Assembly: GCF_025526975.1 (NCBI RefSeq)
Contig: NW_026515685.1
Coordinates: forward strand, 124,001-188,000
Direction: 5' to 3'
DNA from: Fimicolochytrium jonesii
Taxonomy: Eukaryota
Length of the DNA: 64,000 nucleotides
Made by a program: the position numbers and the translations under genes. Below, piece after piece: positions 47,428-61,304 of this stretch; the first letter of the stretch is position 1; every line of letters begins with the position of its first letter. The notes beneath the pieces were generated by a model. The model did not search any database. It saw only the letters and a program-made list of their open reading frames with translations, and was not told the DNA's origin.

Positions 47428-47491
47428 CAGTCGTCCATTCACAGTCGTCCATTCACAGTCGTCCATTCACAGTCGTCCATTCACAGTCGTC
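47428..47491. repeat. Perfect 14-bp tandem repeat (CAGTCGTCCATTCA) x4.5
   Basis: Read directly; about 170 bp upstream of the arrestin start. Confidence 0.95.
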
Positions 47492-49178
47492 GTCGAGTCT
47501 CTTTTTTTAGCATGAACCAATTCAGAACGTGGGCGACTGGCACTTTCACGTCTCTTTTTTTGGGAGCAGAACTCCCTTTCAAAAGAAGAGCAGAACTGTC
47601 GTTCATGTCGGTTGAGTCCTCCAGTAATGGAGAATGGGCTCTTCAAGATTCTAAATCTTTTCTACCAATAAAAGCCGCTGAGAACAATCCAAATTGCAGT
47701 ACACACTGCGGGGATCCCAATTTGGCACCAATGCCTCCAAAAACAGCTTTTCCTGAAAAATGGGCATCCGTGGCACAGACGTACCAAAGCTTACTCGCAT
47801 TAAACTACGGATCAGCGCGTGAAAGCAGTTGGCTCGCACTGGAAATCGCAGTTGCTCATGCCTTTCTCCGCTGCGGTAATCACGTGTGTGACAAACCCAT
47901 TTGTTTTCCCACGCTTCGGCTTCGCAAAACGAACTCTTGGAGGCGCCTATACGAGAAGTGAAAAAAGGTGCCCCGGTGAGGCTCTGCTGCCATCGATGGG
48001 ATGGTATAAAGACCGGAAATATGCGAGAGGATAACTGGTAGCACCACTCCAGTATAAAGGTCGAAATAGGTGAACGCAGGTGGTAACCGAAGGCACGCTG
48101 GTGAGGGTAATGCAACGAAAGGAGCTTCTCCACTTTGGTTTTTTTTTTCTTTCCTTCTTTGAAAGCAATGGCCTGTTCGAGATCTTTCTACGAGTAAGTG
48201 AGCCAGTAGCTTAGCTCTTGACGAATACCGTCCCTTTGTTCCCTCGACTTTTGTGGCAGCGAGCGTCCTAGACGTAATTAGGGGATCAAGGCATGGGGGA
48301 GGTGTACTTTTGGGTCAACATTGGTCCCCAGAGGCGTGCAAAAAAAACGTCTGTAATACGATGCAACGGTCTGAACTAGCTGTCTGGGAGGGAAATACTG
48401 TTTGGCATATCGGGAAAGGCCAACGCACGGAGCAAGAAAAACAGGGGGCGGACTTGCGCCTGAAAGGGACTAGACCAGGATGAGCTGTCAAACGGTGTCC
48501 AAGGGATATTTGCGGGGTTTCCGACAGCCGTCGTCCGCATTGATTCCTGTGCGGTCCTGTATACTTGAGCAGGCAGGCATCAAATTACCACATTGGTCCT
48601 CCAGCTCAGAAGTCGCCCTTTGGAGAATGACGTTGAACGAATCAGCGTCAAAGCTTTCGTACATAGTATTCAAACTTGCCTTTTTGGAAACGCAATTACA
48701 AAACCCTGCAACTTTGAGCTTGTCGGTAAAGGTTGGACCGTTCAACAGCTCCATGGCGATGGTCAATGTTAAATATGTTGATCTCCTTCACACGGGACTC
48801 TGCCAGGTAGTCAATGGGGCGATTTCTTACCTGGAAAACCTCCCGAAAGGAAGACGGTCCGGCGAAGTCTGTCAGGAAGCGAAGCGCAATCGTACCGGGA
48901 ACTCCGGAGAAAGGGCGTACATATGGCCAACACGAGAGCTCATTGGCTAAAAAAGAATGTAGGAAGGATTTTGCTCGGGCCACGAGCAATGCGAGCCTCC
49001 GATACGTACTTCTCTGGACAGCTCCAGAAATCCTGACGGGAGAGAGAAGCGTCTGAGGCGAGTAAACGTTATCCGCCTGCCAAGGTTCCAGGAGCGGTAG
49101 ACGTTCATTGTACTTTATCCTATCCTGAATCGACTGTATTGCATGTTGCCCGGGATTGATTCACTCCACGCTGCCCGC

Positions 49179-49216
49179 TTCATATTATTTCATATTTCAT
49201 ATTCATATTTCATATT
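49179..49216. repeat. Degenerate (TTCATAT)n simple repeat
   Basis: Read directly. Confidence 0.8.
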
Positions 49217-50024
49217 AGACGTGCGGCACCACAGGGTCGCGTTACCGGCGTGATGAAATTCTCTGGAAAGGTTTCCTGGAACTACACAAACGTTGAGATC
49301 TGCTCAAACCGGGATCAACCTGATCTCTAGTAAAGAATGCCGGGGATGAAGATCGCACTGATACTTCGAACGCGCCAGAGATCGGCAGATCGGCGCATCC
49401 CCCCCTCGCCGAGCTTACAAAATGCAGCCCGCTGGAATACGTTTTCTGGAACGTATCTACGACATTACGCACCAATTCCAGGTTCCTTGGCCATTCTTAC
49501 CCGGTCATGGGAGTTGGCATTAGTCGGAGTAAGGTTTGCCATATATAAACGTCACGCGTCGACCGAATACTCGGATGCAGGTCCCTGTCGAATTCGTCCC
49601 TAAGCTGTCAACCCTGAACCAACTGAATAATGCAAGGGCATTACCTTACAGTTGGAGCAAAGCTTACGAGGCCGACCAATAATGGAAAGACTTTTGACCG
49701 ACATTGGCCCGCACCCATCCACATTTATTTGTAAGGACCTGTGGAAATCATAGAAGTACCTTTAAGAGGCCGGGTCACATTGTTGTTGCAGATTGGACAT
49801 AGACCGCCTCTAGGATGGCTCAGAAGGGAGGGTATGATCGTCCGTATATTAGGCGCACTCGCTCTCAACGCAACGTTGGGAGGAACCCTCAGGCAAACAA
49901 ACAGTCTGCCTTTGAGAGCCGACAGTATAAAAGGTGTAGCCGGATTGCCCGCCCGCAGTGGTAGGCTTAGCACTCTAGATATCTCAAAAACCTTAACGAC
50001 ATCTACCAAGTGTCTGCATATGCA

Positions 50025-52521
50025 ATGCACAAGAATTCGTCGATAAAGTCAGCGTCGGTGTCGGTGGCGGGAAGTACACCAGCGCCGTTGGAAGGACTCG
50101 AGAGTCAAAGAGAACTCACAGCTGCACAGCTGGCGGAAGAGTCCTCCAAGAAAGATGCGAAGACATGGCTCCCAGCTATACCTCTCACTGTCTTGGCGCC
50201 GATTTTGGTCGCGCTCGCACTCGTCGCCGTTTTGTTACCGGTAGGAGGACTTTACGGAATCATGCGCATTAGACCCTGCCTGACCAGGTGCGATTTTTTT
50301 ATTCGGCTGAAGAATACATACGTTCTGACAAACGCCAGCGATACTTCGACATCTTACCTTGCTGGCAAATATCTATCGCTCCTCATGGAAGATGTTGGTA
50401 TCATGTGCCGGCCTCATTTGCTGTCGGAAGGATACCTGAACACTTTCTACGCATGCTGTTAGGTGAAAGCGCGTATCGAAGCGCCCATCAAGGCCCTTGT
50501 TCCAGTGTAAGTAGATTTCTACGGAATTACATCTCGTCGAGACGAGCGCTCTCAGTCCTGCGGAAATTGCAAACGTGACTCGATGTCTTTGCCCTCATTC
50601 AGTACCCAAGCGCTTGCCAATTCCCCGGATATGCTGGCGACCATGAAAGGGGATTTGACGAAGCTTCAATACAGCAACTCAATAGCGACTATGGCAGTCA
50701 TTCGAGACACTTACAACCTCGATGTGCTCCTCTGCGTAACAGCGTCTTGGAAAGATGGCTATGAGTATGCAACGTGGACTTCCCTGTAAATGCGTCGCAT
50801 CCCTAACCATCTCATTTGCAACAGTAACACTTACCCTCCCACTACGGAATATGCCTACCAATCATGGGTAACAGCGTCATATTCAAATCAACTGCGGTCG
50901 AATCCTGACACATTCCTCTATGCAGATCTACATGGCTAGAATCGGGAATCTAACCGTGGCCTTGACCTTGGACAAAACTGGTAAGTCCCGACATCGAATC
51001 TTTCGGTAGGAGCTCAGAAGTGCTCATTCCAGCCTTGATTCGTCGAAACTATTGAACCATAAAGACCCCAACACGATGAAGGTGGGTTTAGTTTCAGTAA
51101 TGCAGCGCATGCCTTGCATCTCACCTCACACGCACATCCCCCTCTCTCGATATTGCTATGTTCGGCAGACGTGGATGTTGGACCCAGCCAGTAAGTTTTC
51201 ATTGGGCGTTTTGAAACTGCGATTGCCATCCCAAAGGCACTCACGTAAGATCTGCTCAGCGAAAAAAGTTGCGAATACCACTACGCCTGTACCAGGGAAA
51301 AGTATCCCGGTCAGCTCAGTGCTGTCCGATACATCTCAGATGCAGGTCGGGACGGTGCCTACAGTGCGTACACCTTACTTCCGAGGTGCGTTCTTTGCAG
51401 GGATACTGTGACCGATTGGCATGGCGCACCGCTCATACCGAACTGCAGTCAACAGGCAGAATGCGGGCCTGATTGCCGGCCTAATCGCGACACAGCGGTT
51501 CGAACCTGAGACTGCCCCACTGCCATTATATGCTTGCACTGCTGGTTTCCAGGCTGACAAAGAATACAATACTATGCTTCGAACCGTGAAGGCGATCAAC
51601 AGCAGTGGTATGACAAGAGTCCCACAAATTCAGCTATGTAGCATCATATCTTTCTAACCTGCGTATATGCTTTCACCTCTAGTAATCGCTATGTTCGAGC
51701 TCGATCAATTCCGAATTCTCGCGAGCAGCAACATGGTCCTTCCCGGAAACGCGAACGAGTTCAGTGCCAGCGGCACCTTCTCTTGGGCGAACGCGGCACC
51801 CGACGCAGTCACACTGGAGCTCCGGGACAAGCTGCGCGCACGGTTCAACAACGACACCAGTCTCGCCGTAGCGTCTGTCGCCTCCATGCCTTCGTTTGAG
51901 ATGGACATTTCCGATTCGCGATGGATTGTCAACATCGGATTGCCTGCATTGAGCGCTACGGATACCTTGATTTTGGTGGCCGCGGTTCCCAGGTCTGAGG
52001 TATGCAAAAATCGAGGATCCATCTTCCCGCACGACCATTCCCTAAAAGGACCTGTAGATCTACGGTGTGATCGACGCCGCGCGAGCTCGCAGTCGAGGAA
52101 TCTCGGCAGGCATCAGTGTGGCCGCCGCCTTCACGGTTGCAGTGGTTTTTGTCCTCGCAGTGCTCCCATTATACGCTCTTGCCAAGCAAATGGAGCAGCT
52201 CACCAAGCTGGATTTCGGAACCCTCGAGTCGTCGGGTGCGTTGGAGAAACGCAGTTTGATCTGGGAGGTACGTCAAAGACTGCTTTGATACCTGCATTTT
52301 TGTCTTTGTTGATGTGCCCTTCTACCACTCCCCAGCTTCGTCAAGTGCAGATCGTATTCGGCACGATGGTGAAAGCATTCGCGGGCGCGATCAAGAAGAA
52401 CAAACAAATAATGAACAAACAACAGTCAAACAGCCAAGTAGGCGCTGGTACCCGCAGCGCGGGCACCGCCGCAAACCAGAGCCGCCAGGTGCTCCCGGTT
52501 GGCCGTTCTGCCGCACTTTAA
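50025..52521 (+). CDS. Two-TM membrane sensor with Cache-like ectodomain and terminal HAMP-like domain, many exons
   Basis: TM1 PLTVLAPILVALALVAVLLP; LILVAAVPRSE/IYGVID; TM2 GISAGISVAAAFTVAVVFVLAV; PLYALAKQMEQLTKLDF...SLIWE/LRQVQIVFGTMVKAF; then a short tail and stop. Some internal exon joins are uncertain. Confidence 0.72.
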
Positions 52522-52906
52522 CTATATGTGTAGGGGGCAAGGTCTTCTTTGCAGGAGACGCAATCCCATATATCTGGTGCTGTTATCTGGTTTTCGTAGG
52601 GACGGAAGAAAAGCAACCAAGTCTGGACGGCTAGATTTCTTGATGCTTCGTCTCTACATACCATTATCTCGTGTGTCACTAGCTCCTGCAACTTTATTTA
52701 ATGGGGGACGTTGGGGATTGCGGCTTTGAGCTCTTCTCGTCAATGCGGATTGCAGCAACAAAGCACTGCAAGCTCTCACGGAGATACGTTATTTCCATTA
52801 CAAAATCTTTCCTTTTTACAATGGCCTGCCAACATCGACCGGCAATGAAAAACCTCCAACACCGCGGATATGAGTAACAAGCAGACAGCGCTCCCTGGCT
52901 ACTCGC

Positions 52907-54080
52907 TCATTGCCTTATATATACAACCGACCCACTCTCCGTAAGCCCCCCTACGCCCTCGATAATCTCGCAATCTTTATCTCCATTCATACGGCACCAT
53001 ACACGACTTGCAACCGCCGCTCGCCATGCTTCCAGATCCGCAAAGCCGACAGAAACACGTCTAGCCTCCTGCACGAACCAACAGACCATCGAGACCATCT
53101 GCTTGAGACTCGTCGGGGTGATGTCCGGGCGTGTCTTGAAAAGAATTTCATTCACGCGTTTCCTCAAGGAGCGGGCGTCGTAGGTCATATCGATGTTCTG
53201 GGCCGCGAGGATCCACAGAGGCGGGATAGCGAGCGAAAGGAAGAAGTGTTCGGCAACGCGGTGAGCTGCGAGATGGGTAACGAGCGCGGGTTCGCCGCCT
53301 TGGATGTCGGTGTTGCATTCAGAGCAGTAAATCGGGATTGGGGCGTCAGCAGGTGACCAGGGCAGACGGTAAGTCTTGGCCTTTGCTCGCTGTTTGGCCT
53401 GCAAAGGGTATCGGCAATGCCATTGGTCATCCACAATCCAGTGCATTTTCTTGAACCAATACACGGCGGCTCTGAAGGCCTCGATCATCTGTCCGTCCGT
53501 CAAACAGTTGTTCTCCAAACCACTCAAAAGCGTTTGAATATTGTCACTCGAAAAGGCCGCCAGCGCCGTCTTCGCCGCGTGGAGGCCTGTAGCCGCTTCT
53601 TTCTGCATTGTGGTCCAGCGCGATGCAGGTGAAGAAGCGCGAGAGATCCAGGTTGAGATCGTCCGGGCGGCGTGTGTATTGGAAGAGAAGGAAGCGGCGG
53701 AAGAGCTCCTGGTCGTCGGTGATGTGTTGCACGTCGATGCGGTAAGGGAATTTCAGTGTTTTCCTGAGACTTGCAGCCTCGCTCTCGCCTCCGTGTTCGC
53801 TTTCACTCTCATTCTCCTCTTGGCCGTCAATGAAGGTGTACTCTTCCGAGACGTCGTCGTCTTCTTGTTCCATGGCCTGGTGGTTGCTATTCTCTTTGAC
53901 GAAGTTCGTGTATGCGTCAAAGAACAGTGACCAACCACGCAGAATATCCCTGTGCGCAAACATGTCGGGCACGGATTTGTTATGATCGTCGAAGACTACA
54001 AGCGTGTCGGCCGTCAGACTGTTGTTGAAGTCCGCCAGTTGACGATGCGGCAAGTCTTCTCTTCCGGACGCCATTGCCAT
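52907..54080 (-). pseudogene. Hypothetical protein with C2H2-like finger, split by a frameshift near 53620
   Basis: Two overlapping protein-like ORFs (53544..54080, 52907..53608); YCSECNTDIQGGEPALVTHLAAH. Confidence 0.5.
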
Positions 54081-54597
54081 CGGCTGGTCTTCCGTTCAAG
54101 CTGGCCAGAAAATTTTACTTTGACGATACGTGGTCGTTATTGTTTGCGGAATGATTACGGACAGTCGCTTTCTTATTTCGGAAAACGGAACCTTTAAGGC
54201 CGGCAATCAACGAGAGACCTTTTCGGGTAGCCATCTTTTCTTCCTCATTCCATTGCCTTGTTGGTCTGTCCCCGAGAAGTTCCCCCGTCCAAGGCCAGCG
54301 CGTGAATATCAGGAGTTAACGGTATTTCGACAGCGCGTAACCTTTATGCCGTCACCTCTTCACCCTCCACATCCTTCTTTTCCCCCCGTCCCCGCTCTGA
54401 CTTGGGGCATCTAAGAAACCTGCAAAGTCCAGGATATCCCACGTGCGACGACGCTTGATGATGGCAGTTCGTTTCTTGCGACGGCGCACTTGAATTCCTT
54501 TCCGATTTCCATCAAACTCACATACGACGATTCTTACCTCCGTCTCGCAACCCTGAACATATGCACTCCGTCTCGCGAGCCTGCAATTACTACAGAT

Positions 54598-56455
54598 ATG
54601 GGTCTATTTCAGATGAAACAACAGAGCACTGATATTGGCACGACAGCACCGAACATGGCACCGGCTCAAATCCACCCACCCGCCGCATTCCCACCGAAAG
54701 CACACTCACCCAGCTCAAGCCGGTTTGTTTTGGACGGCATGCACGACTACGATGACGAACCCCTTCCAAACCCCATCATGCCATCCTCTTCTCAGTACCC
54801 TTCACCCCAATCCGGTATCACGTCTCACTCAATCCGTGCCCACGCTGTCGACCACGTCAACGACGGTTCCTCGTCCTCAGACGAAGACAGCGCGAGGCCT
54901 GTACTCCACAACAGCGCGCCGCACAATCCTCCACCCCTTCTCACGGCTGCAAAGACGTCGCCGGCCCAAACCCATGTTCGAACCGTCGTATACCCACGCA
55001 AACCACACCTAGAACCACGCGATTTTCACAAAGACGCGGACTACGATAACGGCATGCCATCCCAACTGAATGGACCCGGTCACACCCCTCTACGCCGCTC
55101 ACTCACACCGACCCAGATCCGTCTCTCGGCTCCAGACCCACGCATCTCGGACCCACCCGATTCCCCCCGCCTTACCAGCCAGCACAGAGTCGAATACAGC
55201 TCCTCATCGTCAAACGACGCCCCAGTTCACGCCCCCTCTCACCAACCCCCCGCCAACGACCTGGTCCAGCGACACGTTGGCGCGCGGATGTATTCGACCC
55301 CCGTCGCGGGGACGGGGATGTGGGCTTATTCGTTTGCGGATGTCTTGTTGAGTGGTGAGGAGGAGGAGTGTGAAGACGAGGAGGATGAGGAGTTGGCGAG
55401 GGCGGAGCGGGAGGGTAGGCGAGAAGGCGTTGTTCTGGTTCGTGGGACGGACGATCCGGGGCGTGATCAGCCCATCATCACCGGAGTGAACACCGACCCC
55501 ATCCAACCCCAAAAACGCAAGCGCCGCTACTCCCCACCCCCGCTAGACTCCGACTCGGCCGACGCCGACTTTGCGCCTCGACCAGGAGACGACGACGATG
55601 ATGACGAGCCGAGCGAGGATCCTGCTTACAATGACTGGAGGGGGAGCAGGAAACGGAGGACGGGGGGTCCGCCCATGTCCACGCCGATGCAGATGCAGAA
55701 AGGTTCCACACACACGCCTGCCGCGAGAGCGAGCCCCCCGAATGTGAACACTGGGCGCGATACCTTGATGAAGAGCAGGGCGACGGGACCGGTTGGGTCT
55801 CCGCAGACGAGGCGACGGGTCGTCGATGTGGGGATCAAGGACGATCGTAGGAAATCCCACCACTGCGCGGGGGCGGGCGATGGGAACTCGGCTGTCGTGG
55901 ATGACACTCCCCGAGTGAAAACACGTGTGCCTGGCTATAAGAACCCCCTCTTTATGCAACCCGCTCACAGGAAAGCGAAGACCGTCATCGACCTGACTGA
56001 GCCCGACCCGGATGTGAGCGAGGATGATGCGCGTAGGAAGAGGGTGGATAAGTGGGTTAAGGATGAGGACGGTGTGATTGATGTGGATGATTCGGATTCG
56101 CGGCAGGTGAAGGACGAAGCGCGTATGAAGGGGAGACAGGCGCCGAAGAAGGAGGTGGCTGGGAAGGTGGTGGGTGAGAGTAGTGGGTGGGGGAGGAGGC
56201 ACCGGTATGTCTTCCTGCACATCTTCGCCCAACATCGCATCAAAAACGCATTTGCTCAAAATGCAATCTCTACATCACAGAGCCTGGTCCACCGCCGAAG
56301 ACGCCGTCCTCCGCGACATCTGCCGCCCGACCAACCGCCGCGACAAGACATGGAGTGCGCTCGCGTCAGAGCTCAACAACCACTTTGGGCGAAACGCTCC
56401 TATGCTGCGGTCGAGGTGGGAAAGGATGTGCGCCAATGGAACGGCGACGAGATGA
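54598..56455 (+). CDS. Low-complexity protein with C-terminal Myb/SANT-like domain (2 exons)
   Basis: Intron 56206-56280 joins in frame to RAWSTAEDAVLRDIC...TWSALASELNNHFGRNAPMLRSRW (three spaced Trp). Confidence 0.8.
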
Positions 56456-59400
56456 TGTGATGTGAGAGTGCGCACCGAACGAAAGACGGAACGATGTGTG
56501 TCTGTATGATGGAGTTCTATTCGATGATCCGGCGTATGATGCTCACCGATTGATGGAGAGATGTCGTTATGTGATTGCTCGGCGGTTGTCACTACCAACA
56601 AGGGATGAGGGAAGCTATATATAGCTTTTTGAGGAGGGAGGAACAGTTACCATCCATCCTGGTGTAGGAAGGTAGTCGTAGTCTTCAAAATGTGAATTTA
56701 CACATGTCCACATCAACCGGCATGTGTTCTTGTCTATCAAAACATGTTTTGTACGTTACAAAGAGAGAGAAATAGCAAAGAGTGTTCGCTTGAAGTACTG
56801 TACCATCCCTCCTCAAAACCGATCAACATCCACAAACGAAAAACTGTACGTCCCGCTATCCTATATTTCCGTCCCCTTGTCGCCGCGACACACTCCCAAT
56901 GCAGTCCAGAACCCAATATCCATGGGGGAAGAACTAATCAGACCAACCCCCTCCCGCTAGCCCCGGCAGCAGCGGCGCCAACGCCTCCGCCGCCCGTCAT
57001 GCCCGAACGCTCCAGGGGTTCCTTTTTAAAGACGCTGATGACTGCACAACCAAGGAGAAATCTGTCAGTTGAATTCTACCGGCGAATGGAGTGGCGGAAT
57101 AGGGGCAAACGTACAGTAGAAGATACTGGTAAAAGACAGCGTTATCGCAGCGATGATGAGCGTTGACGCGCTGGAGAGGATCGAGAGCCACATTACGACG
57201 GCGAAGCTGTGGAATCAAGAAGGGGAGTAACGGTAAATATCTGAGCCGAATAAAGAAACTGCGTCGGCGATGATGGAATACGTACACGGCATACAGGATC
57301 GATCGGAAGAGTGTGTTTTGAAAGAAGCGTTGGAAGGCGTCACTGAAGGGAGACGAGGGGGCATCAGCGCCGAGAGCGCATTCCAATTGAAGAGCAAAAC
57401 CGGTCCCTCCCAAACGCTCGGTTATCTGCTCGCGAAAGAAATACGCGTTCTATCCCACTACCACTCACATCTTAGGTCCACCAGGGCAGCACACCGTAAG
57501 CAGCGGAATTTCCAGCCATATCATGAAGAAGGCTTCGATCCTACAAACCGTCCAGGAAAACATTAGTTTCCACGCGCATTCCCTCAGAACATTTCATCCC
57601 CTTTTTTCCTCCCTCTCGCTCGCGCTCTCGCCCTTTCTCTCTCCCTCATTGCATATCGGCGCATACCATGCCAAGATCGCAAAGAGGAGCAGCGAGATGA
57701 TGTTCGTGATGCTGAATATTATCAGAACTGTGAAGATCGAAGAAGGGAAGGATCAGCTTTGGCACTTCTTGCGATCAACGGGGGTGGGGTGAGGGTAGAG
57801 AAACAACTACGTACATAGCACTGATAAGATCGCCGCCCTGAAAAGGGAAGAGGAGGACGAAGATCCGGTTAGCTTGACGTAGGCAAAAACTCCTTACAGG
57901 CGAAAGACGGTTTCGAGGTTGCAGTGCAAACCGTTAAGTAGAGGCTCGCTGCCGATCGTGGAACGCTCGCTAATCCCAGCCAATCTTCCTCATCTGAGCA
58001 ACTTTGCTCATTTGGCTTCCGCGCTGTTGCCTCCGCATGTCAAAGCTATCTGTTTTCACCCCGGGGCACTCCCCTACATATGCCCATAGATTGCAACCTC
58101 CCACGCAGGAATACATACCACTGAGCGTAGATGGTGAATTTCCCCGACTTGAGTTCCGATCCAAGGGACATCTTGGCGTTTTGTAAATGCGCGTGGTGTT
58201 TTTTGTTGTGGTTGGGGTGTGAAAGACGTATCGACGATCGCAGAGGGGGAGTGGGTGGAGGAAGCTTTTTTTACACGGACACGGAGCCGAGATGTGCCAA
58301 GGCTGAGGAATGTACTGTATGTATAATAGCGCCGTGCGGGAAGTCAGAGTCGGGGTTCCTTTGCGTTCGCCGGTTGGAGTTTGTTCTGTGGGGTTGCAAA
58401 GCGTCTTGGCAGCAGGAGTTGGCTGCGCAGTGCTACGCGTTGGACGGGCGGTAACCCTAACCCCCCGCAGTCAGACACGGCATCTTGAACACGAGTACGC
58501 AGAGGTTAGACACAAAACACGGTGTTTCCAACAATAGCGCCAAGCTCTCGCGCTGGATTAGCTACGAACGGCGAGGGGCTGGGACATCGAAGCACATTCG
58601 GTGGGTTGGAAAGGACGTAGGAGAAGAAGTGCAACGTCTTCTCGCGGAGGGCGCATAAGACAAGAAGACTTTGGGCGGCCCGCAATCAAGTCGGGTTGGC
58701 TCGGGCAACATCGGGTTGGTTCAGCTCCTGTTGATTGAATATTGCAGCCCGCTGAGACGGTTTGGTGAGCGCTGTAATACTTACATCACCCAAGCAAAGG
58801 GCGCGCCCACGTTTGATGACTTGGCGGAGACGAGTCTCGCTCGGCAAATACCGTGCGTTACATGCATACACGTCGCTTGGGCGTATTCCCTCCCACTCGT
58901 CCATCGAGTCGTCCGCCTGTAGATATTTCTGAGAACGTTGCTGTGAATGGATATCCTGCTGACGACCCTCGAGACAGTGGTTATACGGATGGGCTCGATA
59001 TTGGTTTTTTCCACCTCCCACGCAATTTTTGCTACAACTTTCAGAAATACCTGCCGACTCATTTTGGAGTTACATGGGCGGAACGAATAGGCTTTGCAAA
59101 ATGCCTTCGTCAGGTGTACCGCTGGAACTCCCTTCAGGTGGTAGTTACTGCCAGATTCCAATGATTCCAGAACCCAGAATTAGCGAATACCGTCGGGATG
59201 TGACTCCAATAGGGGGCAACTTGTAATTGTGAGGGCGGGTCACACGGTAAACACACGGCGCCCTGGGAGCAGCAAACAATTAATGGGCCCAATTTGGGTG
59301 AGAGCAAAAGGGTAATTTGGGAGATGCGCCACCTCTTCCGCTCCGAGCGCTCAATGGAGGGCCTTTGTGCGAGGAGCGCTGCGACGGTGACAGGCGGCGG

Positions 59401-59661
59401 TTATTGCATTGTGGAAGACGATCGCATATCTCACCCCTGCGACCGAGGGCCCAACCGCAACTGAGGCTTGCTCCCCATATCGCTCGCTTACAGAGAACCC
59501 CCAGAGAACCCCGCATCTGCCTGGCTGCAAGGCCCATCATACCCGCAAACCCACGCTATTTAAGTAGACCCCCTCGCACTCGGACCAGCCCCACGTAGCA
59601 ACGCCTTGGTCATCCGCCCCGTTTTCAACCGCCCACTTTCCCACTATTTGCACTCAAGCCT

Positions 59662-59717
59662 CGTTTGCATTTCGGACTTTCCCACCGTAAGCCGTTTGCA
59701 TTTCGGACTTTCCCACC
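59662..59717 (+). repeat. 25-bp perfect direct repeat just upstream of the 7TM gene ATG
   Basis: CGTTTGCATTTCGGACTTTCCCACC at 59662-59686 and 59693-59717. Confidence 0.9.
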
Positions 59718-59722
59718 CTCCA

Positions 59723-61304
59723 ATGGAAACACCGCCCGGTTCACCACTGCCGCCGTGCCGGTAGGGCTTTCTGTCACTACTCGTCGTTCAACAGACCCAT
59801 TCGTCCCGCTCACCTTCCACGTTTTACTTGCTAGGTGGCACGTTAGCGTAACAAACTGCATAGACAGTGAATACTTTGTCGGACTTCACTGGGTGGCCTT
59901 CTCGCTAAGCCTTGTCGCCTCAATACTCGGGTTTTGGAATCTGTGGTATCGGCGTAGACGTGGGCACAAGATATGGAAAGATGGGCTTACAACGTTCGAC
60001 TCGTATATCGCGCTAATGACCATATATGTAACGGGTGAGTGACTGGACCGTTCGTATTCGGTCTTGTCGTTCGTTCAGCTTCTCACGTAACCTTTCTCTC
60101 TCACTCTTTGCTCAGGTCGGGTGACACATAGCGTAATAATAGCATCCGGACACATGCCAAACATCACATTTGCCCAAATCATCCACGACATTCCCCACTC
60201 CTTCGCTTTGACAGGGATGTGGGTCTACATGTTATCAGTGTATGTCCCGTCCGATCGACTTCTGCAAACGCTCCCGGCCGCTGAAGCAATCCTAACCCTC
60301 ATTACTTCAGAATCGAGATGACGCCCGCACACGCCACGAAATTCTGGCTCCCGAATGCCAAACAAATCATTTGGATCCGGCGGACGGGATACTGCTATCA
60401 GATCTTCGTCATGACGCCTTTAGTTACGCTATGCGGCCTTGCGTGGGACCAGGGCCATTGGGACAGATTCGTGACGTTGACGGCGGTTGTGTATTGGGCT
60501 TACGCATTTGATTGCGGGATGCTGGGGTTGGGCTTTCTACTGTTTGGGTGGCAGATGGTACGTGTTGGGGTTGTCCAAGTCGGAGAGGGGATCCGTCTAT
60601 GGGATAAGTTTCCAACACCCGTACCCGTTCTTCTTCCGAAACAGACCCGCATCGCCGCGACAACGTTAAGAGACCTGAAAGCAGGGGGTCAGATTGGCAC
60701 CGTGGCAGGACGACGGCTACGAGCGCAGATAGAGAAGAGCATCACGAAGGTGAGAGATTCGACAGAGGTCCAGCGTCATTCACTGACGCGAATCATTCAA
60801 GTCTGACCGTTCTACCCATCATCGTCCCGCGGTGCAGATGAAAGCAGTGAATATCTCATTAGGTCTAGCCATGGCATGGTTTGCAATCATACTGCTGTTC
60901 TTTGGCTTCCTTCAAGATCAGGTACATAACACGAAACACCGCTAGTGAAAAGTCAACGCATGCATCAAACGATACTGAACCTCCATGCGTTTAGATATAC
61001 GGGGTAACCTGGTGGTCCAAAATCCAAGCCATCGGCTCCGAACTCTTCGGCATATCCGCCGTTCTCTGCAATTTCGTAAGGCAACATTACCACAAACTAT
61101 ACAAACCTGGCGCGACCACATAAACTAACCCACTCCCTCCCCATTCAGTGCTTCATCGCATGGGCAGACTACCGCGGAGACGACAGCGACGACGCCGCGA
61201 CCATGGCGGCGGTCACGGGAATCACCAAGCTGATGGAGGGGAAGGTGGAGGACGAGAGCGATATCGACACCCATGGCGGCCGGACCGCGGGAGCGGGGCT
61301 GTGA
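59723..61304 (+). CDS. Multi-pass (about 7 TM) GPCR-like membrane protein, multi-exon
   Basis: Manual splicing: short N-terminus PCRWHVSVTNC, about seven hydrophobic segments, basic loop after TM5, acidic tail, stop at 61302-61304. Confidence 0.72.

Noticed and set aside
47428..47491. 14-bp repeat as a CRISPR array
   Set aside because: Units are contiguous with no spacers; eukaryotic context, no cas genes.
47500..49100. Protein-like ORF fragments upstream of arrestin
   Set aside because: No motif or consistent exon chain could be assembled.
52844..52863. Short match to the putative LTR start at 2191-2208
   Set aside because: Under 20 bp with an indel and no extension; likely chance.
56900..59200. 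Short ORFs, including ankyrin-like GNIGLVQLLL
   Set aside because: One weak motif amid many stops; not enough to call a gene.
46124..61304. Arrestin + HAMP receptor + 7TM as a signalling cluster
   Set aside because: The genes are kilobases apart with unrelated genes between; no evidence beyond proximity.
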